Assembly (NCBI GenBank): GCA_023446155.1
Contig: JAEXIT010000005.1
Location: 24,208 to 88,207, forward strand
Direction of reading: 5' to 3'
Origin: Bacteroidota bacterium
GTDB lineage: Bacteria; Bacteroidota; Bacteroidia; Flavobacteriales; Flavobacteriaceae
Length of the DNA: 64,000 nucleotides
Made by a program: the position numbers and the translations under genes. A model generated the notes under the pieces. It saw nothing but the letters and a program-made list of their open reading frames with translations. It did not search any database and was not told where the DNA came from. The stretch's first letter is position 1. Each line of letters starts with the position of its first letter. This document shows positions 10,020 through 19,826 of this stretch, in pieces.

Positions 10020-11609
10020 TTATTCTTTTATAACTTTAAAGGTCTTGCTTTGGTTATTTATGGAGATCCGAACCAGGTATATGCCTTTGGAAAGATTCGA
10101 AAAATCAATATCATAAAGATTGGAATCCACCGTACGATCGAAAACAATTTGTCCCAACAGATTCGAAACGGTAATTCCGGTAAAAGCCTCCGGATTCGAA
10201 ATGGTTAAACTATTGGTAACCGGATTTGGATAGTAGGCTAATTTCTTAAAGTTAAAATCGTCATTACCCAATGCGGTTAATTGAACGGTTACCGCCAGGC
10301 GATCCGGACTTTCGATACCGTTAATGGTTTGCGAAGCATAATAGGTCGTATTGTGTGTTAAAACAGTAGTCAGCGGTAGTGGTGTCTGAGTAGTTGCTGT
10401 TAAACCGGGAGCCGAAGGCGTGGCATACCAATGAATGTTTTGGCCGTTAACAACCAAATTGGCTAAGGTTTGTCCCTGTGTAAACGTTTGAGTTGCTTGT
10501 CCTCGTGGCGCCGAAGGGGTGGTTACCTGTACGGTTAAATATAAAGGAGAGCAACTGGAGTTAACAGGGATGACGGCGATGCTATGAGTGCCCAAGGTAA
10601 CGTTTTCGAAGATATTGCTCGATTGTGCCGGTTCGTTGTCGATCTGATACTGGTAGCTCCCGGATCCGGAAGCCTGAATAGTTATTGTTTGATCATCTAT
10701 GTCGACACTAGCATTTACAGCACTGGAATAGGTTAGCAAAATGGAGGCTGTAGCGGTGCAGCCTGTAGCAATGTTTTCTGCGGAAACAGCATAAGTGCCT
10801 TCGATTGTTGCGGAAAATGAACTTCCGGTAGCACCGGCAATGATCACCCCATCTTTGGACCATTGAAATAAATATTCGTTGGCGGGTAAATTGGTGTTAA
10901 TACTATAAGGAGTAGCGGTACTAGTTACTTGATCATAACATATTTGCCCGGTTGACGGAATATAGATAGAAGGGGCATTTATAGTTCGGATATTAAAGCT
11001 GACTACACCAAAACAGGCGGATGTAATATTCTGCACCCGAACATAAATAGTCATCTGATGTGTAATACTATTTGAAAAGTTTGTAGGTGTGGTTATGGCA
11101 GACGAGTTTGTATAGGCATTCATCGGGGTTTCAAAATATGTCACCGTATATTCGGAAGGATTAAGTCCGAATAAAATGGCGTAATTATTCGAAGTCAAGT
11201 CAAATGAGGCAATACCGTCCATATTGGCATCGCAAACTTCCAAATCCGGAATATCGGAATTAAGTCCTAAAATGGTGGAAAAAGACATTGCTCCCGACCA
11301 GTTGCTACTCTCCGTTGGAGAACAAACGGTTTTTACATAAGCATTGTAAGTGGTACACCCGAGAAGATTGGTCACCACAAAAGGGTTGCTGGTTACAACG
11401 ATTCCGGTTGTACTACCGCTTGGAGCGGGCGTTCCGGCAGGTGTGATATAAACTTCCCATTGTGTTGTGGCGGAACTTGTCCAGCTGATCACTGCAGAAT
11501 TCGAAGTAATATTGGTCACTGCGATGTTACCCGGTACGGGGCAAACTTGTCCAATAACGACAGTCGTTAACAGTGATACGAGTAAGGAAAATAAGTAGTT
11601 TTTCTTCAT
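10020..11609 (-). CDS. T9SS type A sorting-domain secreted protein (FN3/Ig-like repeats)
   Basis: Signal peptide, FN3-like N-terminal domain, Ser/Thr-rich Ig-like repeats, C-terminal YYPNPV...LSKGIYLV...KVIKE. Confidence 0.9.
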   Translation of the reverse strand: MKKNYLFSLLVSLLTTVVIGQVCPVPGNIAVTNITSNSAVISWTSSATTQWEVYITPAGTPAPSGSTTGIVVTSNPFVVTNLLGCTTYNAYVKTVCSPTESSNWSGAMSFSTILGLNSDIPDLEVCDANMDGIASFDLTSNNYAILFGLNPSEYTVTYFETPMNAYTNSSAITTPTNFSNSITHQMTIYVRVQNITSACFGVVSFNIRTINAPSIYIPSTGQICYDQVTSTATPYSINTNLPANEYLFQWSKDGVIIAGATGSSFSATIEGTYAVSAENIATGCTATASILLTYSSAVNASVDIDDQTITIQASGSGSYQYQIDNEPAQSSNIFENVTLGTHSIAVIPVNSSCSPLYLTVQVTTPSAPRGQATQTFTQGQTLANLVVNGQNIHWYATPSAPGLTATTQTPLPLTTVLTHNTTYYASQTINGIESPDRLAVTVQLTALGNDDFNFKKLAYYPNPVTNSLTISNPEAFTGITVSNLLGQIVFDRTVDSNLYDIDFSNLSKGIYLVRISINNQSKTFKVIKE

Positions 11610-11665
11610 AATGTCAAATAGTTGCTAATTTGACTCTAAAACTACTAAAAAATTGCGAATAGCGA

Positions 11666-12109
11666 TTATTTTTTCTTCAAATAAAGATAATGGTTATAAT
11701 AATCGATAATTCCTTTGCCTTTTAATAGGATATCTGCACCAATTATTCCGTGAACTGGTTTCGCTTTGTACTGTTGTAGCGCGAGGTTTACATGGCTCAT
11801 GTCAAAAATGACTACGGAGAAATCATCCGTTTTCCAACGCGAAAGTTGTAACAAATTGCCCGATGCCATTTGCGTATGCATACCGGTAGCGCCTGCGCCG
11901 GATGCTTTTGTTGGAGAATCTTCTGCGGATAACAAAAAGTGATCAATGCTTTCAAAACCGATACAACTGTTGGAGGCACCTGTGTCTAAAATAAAATCCC
12001 CGGAAATCCCGTTGATCTTTGCTTTGATGAGCAGGTGTTGTGTTTTCGATACTTTAAAAGGGATCTTGGTGTAACCGTTGTCTTTTAAAACGTCCTGTAA
12101 ATTTTCCAT
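11666..12109 (-). CDS. Retropepsin-like aspartic protease
   Basis: FILDTGAS catalytic motif and GIIGADIL. Confidence 0.9.
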   Translation of the reverse strand: MENLQDVLKDNGYTKIPFKVSKTQHLLIKAKINGISGDFILDTGASNSCIGFESIDHFLLSAEDSPTKASGAGATGMHTQMASGNLLQLSRWKTDDFSVVIFDMSHVNLALQQYKAKPVHGIIGADILLKGKGIIDYYNHYLYLKKK

Positions 12110-12143
12110 AACTCAAAAGTAACTCAAAAAACGAACAACTTTG

Positions 12144-12151
12144 TACCTTTG
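12144..12151 (+). promoter_or_regulatory. -7 promoter element for tatD
   Basis: TACCTTTG matches TAnnTTTG 24 nt before the ATG. Confidence 0.55.
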
Positions 12152-12174
12152 CAACTTTAAAAGCTAAGATTAGG

Positions 12175-12942
12175 ATGACTTTAACAGATACCCATACGCA
12201 TTTATATTCGGAAGAATTTGATCAGGATCGGGAGGAGATGATAACACGAGCCATTGCAGCAGGTGTGACCCGATTTTTTGTACCGTCGATCGACTCGACC
12301 TATACGGAAAAAATGTATGCCTTAGAAAAAGCCTATCCGGGACATATTTATCTCATGATGGGTTTACATCCGTGCTATGTAAAGGAAAATTACAAGGAAG
12401 AATTGGCGCATGTAGAAGCGGCATTGGAACAACGGGAATTTAAAGCCATTGGGGAGATCGGAATCGATTTGTATTGGGATAAAACAACGTTGGATATCCA
12501 GAAAATAGCCTTCCGCCACCAGATTCAACTGGCTAAAAAATATAAATTGCCGATTAATATTCATTGTCGGGAAGCCTTCGATGAAATTTTTGAAGTCCTT
12601 GAGTTGGAAAAATCAGACGAGCTGTTCGGAATTTTTCATTGCTTTAGCGGAACCTATGAACAGGCATTACAAGCGATTTCGTATAATATGAAATTGGGAA
12701 TCGGTGGTGTGGTGACCTTTAAAAATGGTAAAATTGACCAGTTTTTAAATCAAATTGACCTAAAGCATCTGGTATTGGAAACCGATTCACCCTATCTGGC
12801 ACCGGTGCCCTATCGCGGAAAGCGAAACGAAAGTGGCTATACCCGATTGGTGGCCGAAAAGCTGGCAGAACTCTATCAACTTCCGGTTGCGGAAATCGCC
12901 CGGATCACGACGGAGAACTCCAAAGCAATTTTTGGGATTTAA
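12175..12942 (+). CDS. tatD: TatD family hydrolase
   Basis: DTHTH, GLHP, IGEIGID, IHCRE, FHCFSG, LETDSPYLAP. Confidence 0.95.
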   Translation: MTLTDTHTHLYSEEFDQDREEMITRAIAAGVTRFFVPSIDSTYTEKMYALEKAYPGHIYLMMGLHPCYVKENYKEELAHVEAALEQREFKAIGEIGIDLYWDKTTLDIQKIAFRHQIQLAKKYKLPINIHCREAFDEIFEVLELEKSDELFGIFHCFSGTYEQALQAISYNMKLGIGGVVTFKNGKIDQFLNQIDLKHLVLETDSPYLAPVPYRGKRNESGYTRLVAEKLAELYQLPVAEIARITTENSKAIFGI

Positions 12943-13005
12943 CAAAGAATTTCCCTTCAATTAATAAAATTTTCGTTCATTTGTGGATTGTTAAATTTAT
13001 AACTA

Positions 13006-14139
13006 ATGTCAAAATTTGATCATATACGCCAGTTTTATGATTCTGAAGTAAATGAAGCACTGCAAAGCATCATGCACCATCCGATGATGAAGGCTTTGAT
13101 GAGCTTTACGTTTCCCGATGTAGATGAAGCGGTATGGATGGAGCAATTGAAAAGGACACATTCTATCAGAGACTTTCAGGTGAATTTTATTTATCAGTCG
13201 GTACAAAGAGTGTTGGAAAAAAGCTCCGATGGCTTAACCACTTCCGGGTTCGAGAAATTGGAACCGAATACGGCTTATCTGTTCATTTCGAACCATAGGG
13301 ATATCATTCTGGATACTTCGTTACTAAATGTCAGCCTTTTTGACCATGGATTGGTTATGACTGCCTCGGCAATTGGAGATAATCTGGTGCAAAAATCGTT
13401 CTTATTAGCGCTATCTAAATTAAATCGTAACTTTTTGGTACAGCGCGGATTGTCACCTAGAGAATTATTGCAAAGTTCCAAATTGATGTCGGAATTTATG
13501 TATCATTTGCTGACAAAAGAGAACCGTTCGGTATGGATTGCCCAACGTGAAGGGCGTACAAAAGACGGAAATGATGCAACACATCCCGGGGTATTGAAAA
13601 TGTTGGCGATGGCTTGCGAAGGAAAAGACGTAATTCCCTTTTTTAAGAAACTGAAAATAGTACCAGTATCGATTTCTTACGAATACGACCCTACGGATGC
13701 ATTAAAAATGCCGCAATTAATGGCTGAAGCTAACGATGAGGTCTATATAAAAGAAAAAAACGAAGATTTTATAACGCTGATTAGCGGCATTATCGGACAG
13801 AAAAAGCGAATCCATATCCATGTTGGTGACATATTGGATACGGAATTGGATAAGATTGGTGCCGAGTTTGATAATTCCAACAAACAGATTCAGGCATTGG
13901 CTCAAGTAATTGACGATTCAATTCTGTCGACCTACAGATTGTGGCCAACCAATTTTATTGCTTACGATTTACTACATAAAACGGATCAGTTTTCGGATAA
14001 ATACACGCAAAAAGAGAAACAGCTTTTCGAACGAAGACTGGAAATGAAATTAGGCGCTGAAGTAAAAACACTGCGTGATGGTTTTCTGGCGATGTATGCC
14101 AATCCGGTTATGAATAAAATGAAATACGAAAATGTCTAA
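13006..14139 (+). CDS. Glycerophospholipid acyltransferase (PlsC-like)
   Basis: NHRDIILD (HX4D) and AQREGRTKDG motifs. Confidence 0.88.
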   Translation: MSKFDHIRQFYDSEVNEALQSIMHHPMMKALMSFTFPDVDEAVWMEQLKRTHSIRDFQVNFIYQSVQRVLEKSSDGLTTSGFEKLEPNTAYLFISNHRDIILDTSLLNVSLFDHGLVMTASAIGDNLVQKSFLLALSKLNRNFLVQRGLSPRELLQSSKLMSEFMYHLLTKENRSVWIAQREGRTKDGNDATHPGVLKMLAMACEGKDVIPFFKKLKIVPVSISYEYDPTDALKMPQLMAEANDEVYIKEKNEDFITLISGIIGQKKRIHIHVGDILDTELDKIGAEFDNSNKQIQALAQVIDDSILSTYRLWPTNFIAYDLLHKTDQFSDKYTQKEKQLFERRLEMKLGAEVKTLRDGFLAMYANPVMNKMKYENV

Positions 14140-15160
14140 CCGACCTAACATTCTGTTGATCTATACAGGCGGTACCATCGGTATGGTAAAAGATGCCGAA
14201 ACGGGTGCGCTTAAAGCCTTTGATTTTGACGAATTGTTATTACGCATCCCGGAATTAAAACTGTTGGATTGCGATATTGCCACATTCTCGTTTAAAGAAC
14301 CGATCGATTCGTCCAATATGAACCCGCAAAAATGGGTAGCAATGGCGAATGCGATCGAAAGTAACTACGATAAATTTGATGGTTTTGTGGTGTTACACGG
14401 TTCGGATACGATGTCGTATTCGGCTTCCGCATTGAGTTTTATGCTCGAAAATCTGGATAAACCGGTGGTGTTTACCGGATCGCAATTACCAATAGGCGAT
14501 TTAAGAACCGATGCCAAAGAAAACCTGATTACAGCTATACAAATTGCGACCTTAAAAAATAAAAACAAACCGTTGATCACGGAAGTATGTTTGTATTTCG
14601 AATACAAATTGTACCGTGGGAACCGGACTACCAAAATAAGTGCGGAACATTTCAATGCGTTTGCATCGCCCAATTATCCGGCCATTGCCGAATCCGGGGT
14701 GCATTTAAAAGTAAACGAAGAACTACTGTTCCATAAAACCGGGAATAAAAAACTAAAAGTTAATACCACATTCGACGATCATGTGGTGATCATTAAAATG
14801 TTTCCGGGCATCAACGAAAGCGTATTACAGGCGGTACTGCATATTCCAAATCTTAAAGGTGTCGTACTGGAGACCTATGGATCCGGGAATGCGCCAACGG
14901 AAGACTGGTTTATTGCGACCTTGGAAAAAGCGATCGCAAAAGGACTTCATGTGGTCAATGTGACCCAATGTTCGGGCGGAAGTGTCAATATGGACAAATA
15001 CGAAACCGGATTGGAGCTAAAAAAAATAGGCGTTATTTCCGGTCGGGATATCACTACCGAAGCCGCGATAGCCAAGCTTATGTATTTGTTGGGGCAACAG
15101 GTTTCGTCATCGGTTTTTAAAACCATATTCGAAACCGCGATTCGTGGCGAAATGAGCTAA
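14132..15160 (+). CDS. ansA: L-asparaginase type I
   Basis: YTGGTIGM, IDSSNM, HGSDTM, TGSQ motifs. Confidence 0.93.
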   Translation: MSNRPNILLIYTGGTIGMVKDAETGALKAFDFDELLLRIPELKLLDCDIATFSFKEPIDSSNMNPQKWVAMANAIESNYDKFDGFVVLHGSDTMSYSASALSFMLENLDKPVVFTGSQLPIGDLRTDAKENLITAIQIATLKNKNKPLITEVCLYFEYKLYRGNRTTKISAEHFNAFASPNYPAIAESGVHLKVNEELLFHKTGNKKLKVNTTFDDHVVIIKMFPGINESVLQAVLHIPNLKGVVLETYGSGNAPTEDWFIATLEKAIAKGLHVVNVTQCSGGSVNMDKYETGLELKKIGVISGRDITTEAAIAKLMYLLGQQVSSSVFKTIFETAIRGEMS

Positions 15161-15224
15161 AAATTTTTTCGGAAAAGCATTGAAAAAACAAAATAAAAGT
15201 CGTTAATTCGCAGTCTGAAAATTT

Positions 15225-15312
15225 AGAGAGGTGGCCGAGTGGTCGAAGGCGCACGCCTGGAAAGTGTGTATACTCCAAAAGAGTATCGAGGGTTCGAATC
15301 CCTTCCTCTCTG
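15225..15312 (+). tRNA. tRNA-Ser(GGA)
   Basis: Acceptor stem AGAGAGG/CCTCTCT, D-arm GGCCGAGTGGTCGAAGGC, anticodon loop CT-GGA-AA, long variable arm, GGTTCGAATCC; CCA not encoded. Confidence 0.96.
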
Positions 15313-15314
15313 CT

Positions 15315-15349
15315 AAGGTTCGTAAATCATTGATTTACGAACCTTTTTT
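15315..15349 (+). terminator. Terminator after tRNA-Ser
   Basis: Perfect 15-bp inverted repeat AAGGTTCGTAAATCA/TGATTTACGAACCTT followed by a T-run. Confidence 0.85.
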
Positions 15350-15461
15350 ATTTTTATTTATGAGTAGCGGCAATGGATTTTTGTGTGCTACAAGAGCATT
15401 TGACTTTAATACCTGCTGGTTAACACATCGGTTTATGCCGGGAAAAATGCTTGCCGGATTC

Positions 15462-16640
15462 TTACATCAATTTTTTTAATACAAAAAAGTAGAAAAGCAA
15501 GGGCCAGATAATAAAAGAAGAAAGCTTTAGCAGAATGTATTTAATGCTGTACTTTATTTCTTTTGGACTCTCCTCTGTTGTTACGAAAAAGGATAAAAAC
15601 AGGTTTATTAGAATAATGGTTATGAACTTTCCGAAAAAGCTAATATCATAAAAATAGGTAATCAAAACTGGGTTTTTGATAGGTAATAAACGGTAAAAGA
15701 AATGAATTAGAATAATGAGTAAAAGACTTAGAAGATAGACTATTTGAACGGTTATAATTCGGTTTTTCTTTATCTCAAGCTTTTTTCGTTCTTTTTCTTC
15801 TTTCTTTTTTAATGAAGGAACGTACGTTAAATTCAGGTTTACAATATTTCGGGCATTAAGGACAAAAATATCACCTGGTACTTTGATTCGGTTTCTTGAT
15901 TTTGAGGTGTTTTCTTCGTTTGGATCAATTATTTCATTACCATTTTGATCGTGCTTTATTTCCTTTTTTTTATAGCGGTGGGTGTCGATTAAATAAATTT
16001 TATCCAATTGCGTGTTGTCATCGCTTATTAAATCATAATCGACAACATATCCGGAATAAAGTTCTTTTTTGTCTTCATTCACCGATAATAATATATCGGC
16101 GTAGGTCATAAAAGTGTCCTGCTCGAAAGTTTTATCATTCGACGAATATCGGTGTGCTTCTTCAAATTTTTTCATATTTAAAACTTCTCCGCTGAAAACA
16201 TAGTACCATTGATTTTGGAATCGAAATAGTTTGTATTTCATATCCCATTTTTGAACCCTTATAAGCCGGCTAAGTGCAAATCCGGCAAGAGCTGAAAAGG
16301 TAAAAACACATACAGTGTAGATAAAAAAGGTGGTTATATCATTGTTGATAAAGTTTTGCGTCACCTGATCTGTGTCCTGAGTGTTATCGGAAGTAAAGTC
16401 TCTGAAGATGGTAAAAATATCCGAGAAACTGATTTCAAAACCCAATGTTGCAGCATAAATGGTAAAGCATGCCAATTGTATTACGATACCCGGAATAATG
16501 CTGAAAAAAATGGAATGTAGTACAGGATCTTTAGTGTTAAATTGTTTGGAGAACTCACCGTAAAAAAAGAAGCGTCTGAATAGGATGCCAGGAATTACAA
16601 TAGCAATAAAAAAGGCTATAAATCCTAGTGTTAGATTCAT
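15462..16640 (-). CDS. Hypothetical multi-pass membrane protein
   Basis: 392 aa: three N-terminal TM segments, central soluble domain, three C-terminal TM segments. Confidence 0.8.
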   Translation of the reverse strand: MNLTLGFIAFFIAIVIPGILFRRFFFYGEFSKQFNTKDPVLHSIFFSIIPGIVIQLACFTIYAATLGFEISFSDIFTIFRDFTSDNTQDTDQVTQNFINNDITTFFIYTVCVFTFSALAGFALSRLIRVQKWDMKYKLFRFQNQWYYVFSGEVLNMKKFEEAHRYSSNDKTFEQDTFMTYADILLSVNEDKKELYSGYVVDYDLISDDNTQLDKIYLIDTHRYKKKEIKHDQNGNEIIDPNEENTSKSRNRIKVPGDIFVLNARNIVNLNLTYVPSLKKKEEKERKKLEIKKNRIITVQIVYLLSLLLIILIHFFYRLLPIKNPVLITYFYDISFFGKFITIILINLFLSFFVTTEESPKEIKYSIKYILLKLSSFIIWPLLFYFFVLKKLM

Positions 16641-16647
16641 AGCTCTG

Positions 16648-16884
16648 TTATAGTATTGATTTTAATTCTGTTTTATCCCAATCGCCTGTATCGTGATATT
16701 TATCGACAGCTTCTCTAAGTTTTTCGGCTGTTTCCGGGTTCTGAATTGCCTTCACTGCATCTTTAGAAATTACGGCTGTTTCGGTTTGCGAGGTTAAGGA
16801 TTTCAAACCGTTATAGACAATCGCTGCAAGGGTTAATACACCAATTGCAGCAAGAATATTCTCTAATGTTTTGTTATTTTCCAT
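16648..16884 (-). CDS. Small single-TM hypothetical protein
   Basis: 78 aa, 7 bp upstream of the membrane gene; TACATTTG promoter element on the minus strand at 16909-16916. Confidence 0.7.
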   Translation of the reverse strand: MENNKTLENILAAIGVLTLAAIVYNGLKSLTSQTETAVISKDAVKAIQNPETAEKLREAVDKYHDTGDWDKTELKSIL

Positions 16885-17255
16885 AGGTCAAGTGAGTGTC
16901 CCACATTACAAATGTAATTATTTCAGATAAAAATTTATGTTTTACACTATTAATCTTTTCATAATAAGTTCAATCGCTTCGAAATGAAATTGTAATATAC
17001 GAAAAAAAGAGATGAAAAAAAAGAACTGAAAAAAACGAATGATGCCAATAAATGATATGATTTTTGAATACTGATTTATGTGGTCTATTGCTTTTTTGGG
17101 TTTTTATCCATTTTAGAAAATGCAGATAAGCGACATAAAAATACCAAATATTGAATAAATTAAAAATGTTGAATTTAATTGTAATCTGGAGTTTTTGAAC
17201 TATCCAAATCCGTTTTTCGAAGGACTTTATATTCCATGGTCTGAATGTTAGAAAA

Positions 17256-17300
17256 CGTATTTTATAAAATTTACGACTTCTGTACCGGATATACAAAATC
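17256..17300. repeat. 45-bp imperfect direct repeat, copy 1
   Basis: CGTATTTTATAAAATTTAC...CGGATATACAAAATC, 40/45 identical to 17745-17789. Confidence 0.85.
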
Positions 17301-17350
17301 GGAATGGTTCCGGAGTATAGGAAAACTCGATTTCTAAATTTTTGGTCGTA

Positions 17351-17674
17351 TTATTTCGGTTTTTTGAGTACCAAAAAATCAGTTGCGGTAACTTCAATTG
17401 GCGCTTTAAATTCAATCCAATGCTCCCGGTTGTCGGTTTCGCCATCATCCATAATTCTATACGACGAATAGCCATTATTCATAAAAGGAAGTTCGACCCA
17501 TTCGTAATCCGATACCTGACCCAGATTTTGTTTGTCGATAGTCTCGAGCCAATTTAGTGCGTTATCAAGCTCTTTCTTTTGCTCCAAAATGGCGGTTTTG
17601 TTTGCACTGCCTTCGCGTAATTGTGCTACCAATTGGACTTGTTTTTCTTGTAATACTTGTATGGCGTAATTCAT
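17351..17674 (-). CDS. Hypothetical protein (107 aa)
   Basis: Probable ATG at 17674 (MNYAIQVL). The longer ORF call overlaps the neighbouring gene. Confidence 0.7.
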   Translation of the reverse strand: MNYAIQVLQEKQVQLVAQLREGSANKTAILEQKKELDNALNWLETIDKQNLGQVSDYEWVELPFMNNGYSSYRIMDDGETDNREHWIEFKAPIEVTATDFLVLKKPK

Positions 17675-17744
17675 AAAGGCCTTATTTGTTGCTAATTTGA
17701 AATAAATGAAAATAGGATTCGTGGATTCAGATATACAAAAGTTG

Positions 17745-17789
17745 CGTATTTTATAAAATTTACTTCTCCGGTATCGGATATACAAAATC
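17745..17789. repeat. 45-bp imperfect direct repeat, copy 2 (spans 3' end of 17760 gene)
   Basis: Matches 17256-17300. Confidence 0.85.
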
Positions 17790-18278
17790 AGGATTGTTGT
17801 TTCGTAAGTCCTGATCGGAATCGGCGGTTTCGTCGTCCGGATAGCCAATAAACGGACTTCTTTTTCCAAAACCAAAATACCATTCGTCAGTTTTGATCAA
17901 CTGATATTCAGATAGGAAATCGGCTTCATTTTTTTCGGTAGCGGCCGACTGTCGGTTGGTCCAAAACAGCGTATAAGAACCAAGTGAACTTTCTATGTGG
18001 AATTGGGCATTTTCAAAATCGATATTCCGTAGGATATGTTCCATTTTCAGAATAAAATCATTCCAGTCGGAGGTGTCGAGTCCAAAGTATTTATAGGTCG
18101 CGGCAAATCCCAGCATTATGTTTTCATAATAATACGGAACTTCGTAGTCACCAAAACTAAACATATTGGTGTTGATAAACGGATAGGTGCTGTCTTTTTC
18201 CAGCGTTTTGATAAAATCGACCGATTTGTAATACTCCCGATCAATTTTAATATAACCGTAAATTGAAGTGTATTCCAT
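17760..18278 (-). CDS. Hypothetical acidic protein, immunity-like
   Basis: Probable ATG at 18278 (MEYTSIYG); acidic and aromatic-rich small cytoplasmic protein. Confidence 0.7.
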   Translation of the reverse strand: MEYTSIYGYIKIDREYYKSVDFIKTLEKDSTYPFINTNMFSFGDYEVPYYYENIMLGFAATYKYFGLDTSDWNDFILKMEHILRNIDFENAQFHIESSLGSYTLFWTNRQSAATEKNEADFLSEYQLIKTDEWYFGFGKRSPFIGYPDDETADSDQDLRNNNPDFVYPIPEK

Positions 18279-18400
18279 TTTTAGGATTTTTATTTTGTAG
18301 TACAATTTTAAAAAATAATTCCGTTCAACAGATCGAAGAACGGAATTAATAAGGCATCCTTGTAGCGGATTTCTTTAAACAACTTTATTTTTCGGAGGAA

Positions 18401-19150
18401 TTAGTCGCCTTTGCTCGCTGAAACAATGCTCTCGATAAATTCATCTAATTGCTCGATTTTTTCAGTTTCGCCATTTTCTTCATATTTGACGCGCATCGGA
18501 CGTAAAACATTAAGGAATTTGTCGAAAATATGTTCCTGGATAATAGGCGAATCGACTACTTTGTAGATACTACGCAGCATCCAGATACGGTTGTATTCCG
18601 TACGCGACATTACGACATAAAAGCCTTGTGCCATTTCGACCGACCAATCGCGTAATTCCATCAGAAGCTGTGCAGCACTAAATTGACCGGATGAAATGAT
18701 GCCAAAAAAGGCCTCGATTTCTTCGAACAATTTGGCCGCGGTTTCGTCATTTTGTCCCTTGAAAAATTCATGGAGTGATTGTGCTGCGGTTTGTGCATTG
18801 ATATACACGTTTCCGGAGGCATATAAAAACCCGGAAAGGTCGATGTCTCCCTGGTAAATCCCATCGATAAATAGCGCAAGTCCTCTCAGGTGATGTCCGA
18901 TATCGTCATGAGACAGATACTCGCCATAACTCGGCATGACGTCCATAAAACGTTCTAGAGTGCTGTTCCAATCTTCGAATGCTGCCCAGTTTTCGATTAG
19001 GAAAACAGCACAGGTGCGTTCGATAATTTCGTGATCCAGATCGGCACTGCTGATCGAATTGTCGCGGTAGCTGTCAAGGAAAAGGTCAATTCCGTTAAGA
19101 TAACCCTTGTACGAATCGCTTTTAAGCAATTGTAGTATTTGTGCTCTCAT
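18401..19150 (-). CDS. Hypothetical alpha-helical protein
   Basis: 249-aa ORF, last gene of a tightly coupled operon. Confidence 0.8.
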   Translation of the reverse strand: MRAQILQLLKSDSYKGYLNGIDLFLDSYRDNSISSADLDHEIIERTCAVFLIENWAAFEDWNSTLERFMDVMPSYGEYLSHDDIGHHLRGLALFIDGIYQGDIDLSGFLYASGNVYINAQTAAQSLHEFFKGQNDETAAKLFEEIEAFFGIISSGQFSAAQLLMELRDWSVEMAQGFYVVMSRTEYNRIWMLRSIYKVVDSPIIQEHIFDKFLNVLRPMRVKYEENGETEKIEQLDEFIESIVSASKGD

Positions 19151-19151
19151 G

Positions 19152-19826
19152 TTATTCTTTTGTTTTTTTAACGATTTCTTCCATCAAGGCACGTTGTAAT
19201 TGCTCTTTTGGAAGGTCTTTCGGAATAGCAAACAATCCGTAAATCACATTACCGTACTTTTTGCTACTCGGGAAATCCTCTTCAAGGTCGATTATGGTGC
19301 GTATCGTGTAGCTTTCGTCGATTAAAAACGGTAAATCGCCTTCATAGACTTTTGCAATACGAATCCCATTGCTTTTTGTACCCATCGCATTGGCCATGTG
19401 TTCGGCGATGGCATTGCCTTCGTACAAACTATTCATGTTAACCAATACAAAATATTTGTCGACTGCCAAATCGAAACGCATCAGTTCGTAATTTGATTTT
19501 TCCGGATTTGGAAGGACAAGCTTGTAATCGGACGCTTTAACTAAACTGTCGGTCGCATCCCAAACCGATACTTTATAATTTCCTGCCGGAACTTCTCGGA
19601 TAAGCGATTCGTTGGGTTTAATTTTGTCGTTGATGGTGTACATTTTCTCCAGCTTCCCGTCGGGCATAATCTGTTCAAAAGTTACGGATCGCAATTCGGT
19701 TCCCGTATTCATAAATTTAATAGACTGGGTGGGTCCGGTTGGTCCATGTTGAATGTAATAAATGGCATAGGCGATGGCTATTAGAGCGATAAACGCTACG
19801 CAGCCGATTTTAAAGAATTTTTTCAT
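19152..19826 (-). CDS. Hypothetical membrane-anchored/exported protein
   Basis: N-terminal basic plus hydrophobic anchor; ATGA overlap with the upstream gene. Confidence 0.8.
   Translation of the reverse strand: MKKFFKIGCVAFIALIAIAYAIYYIQHGPTGPTQSIKFMNTGTELRSVTFEQIMPDGKLEKMYTINDKIKPNESLIREVPAGNYKVSVWDATDSLVKASDYKLVLPNPEKSNYELMRFDLAVDKYFVLVNMNSLYEGNAIAEHMANAMGTKSNGIRIAKVYEGDLPFLIDESYTIRTIIDLEEDFPSSKKYGNVIYGLFAIPKDLPKEQLQRALMEEIVKKTKE

Noticed and set aside
15231..15479. 82-aa ORF
   Set aside because: It overlaps tRNA-Ser and its terminator, so it is a shadow ORF.
16970..17296. 108-aa minus-strand ORF, and the N-terminal extension of 17351..17875, sharing YIRYR..KFYKIR
   Set aside because: The similarity is an alternate-frame reading of the 45-bp DNA repeat, and the composition is not protein-like.
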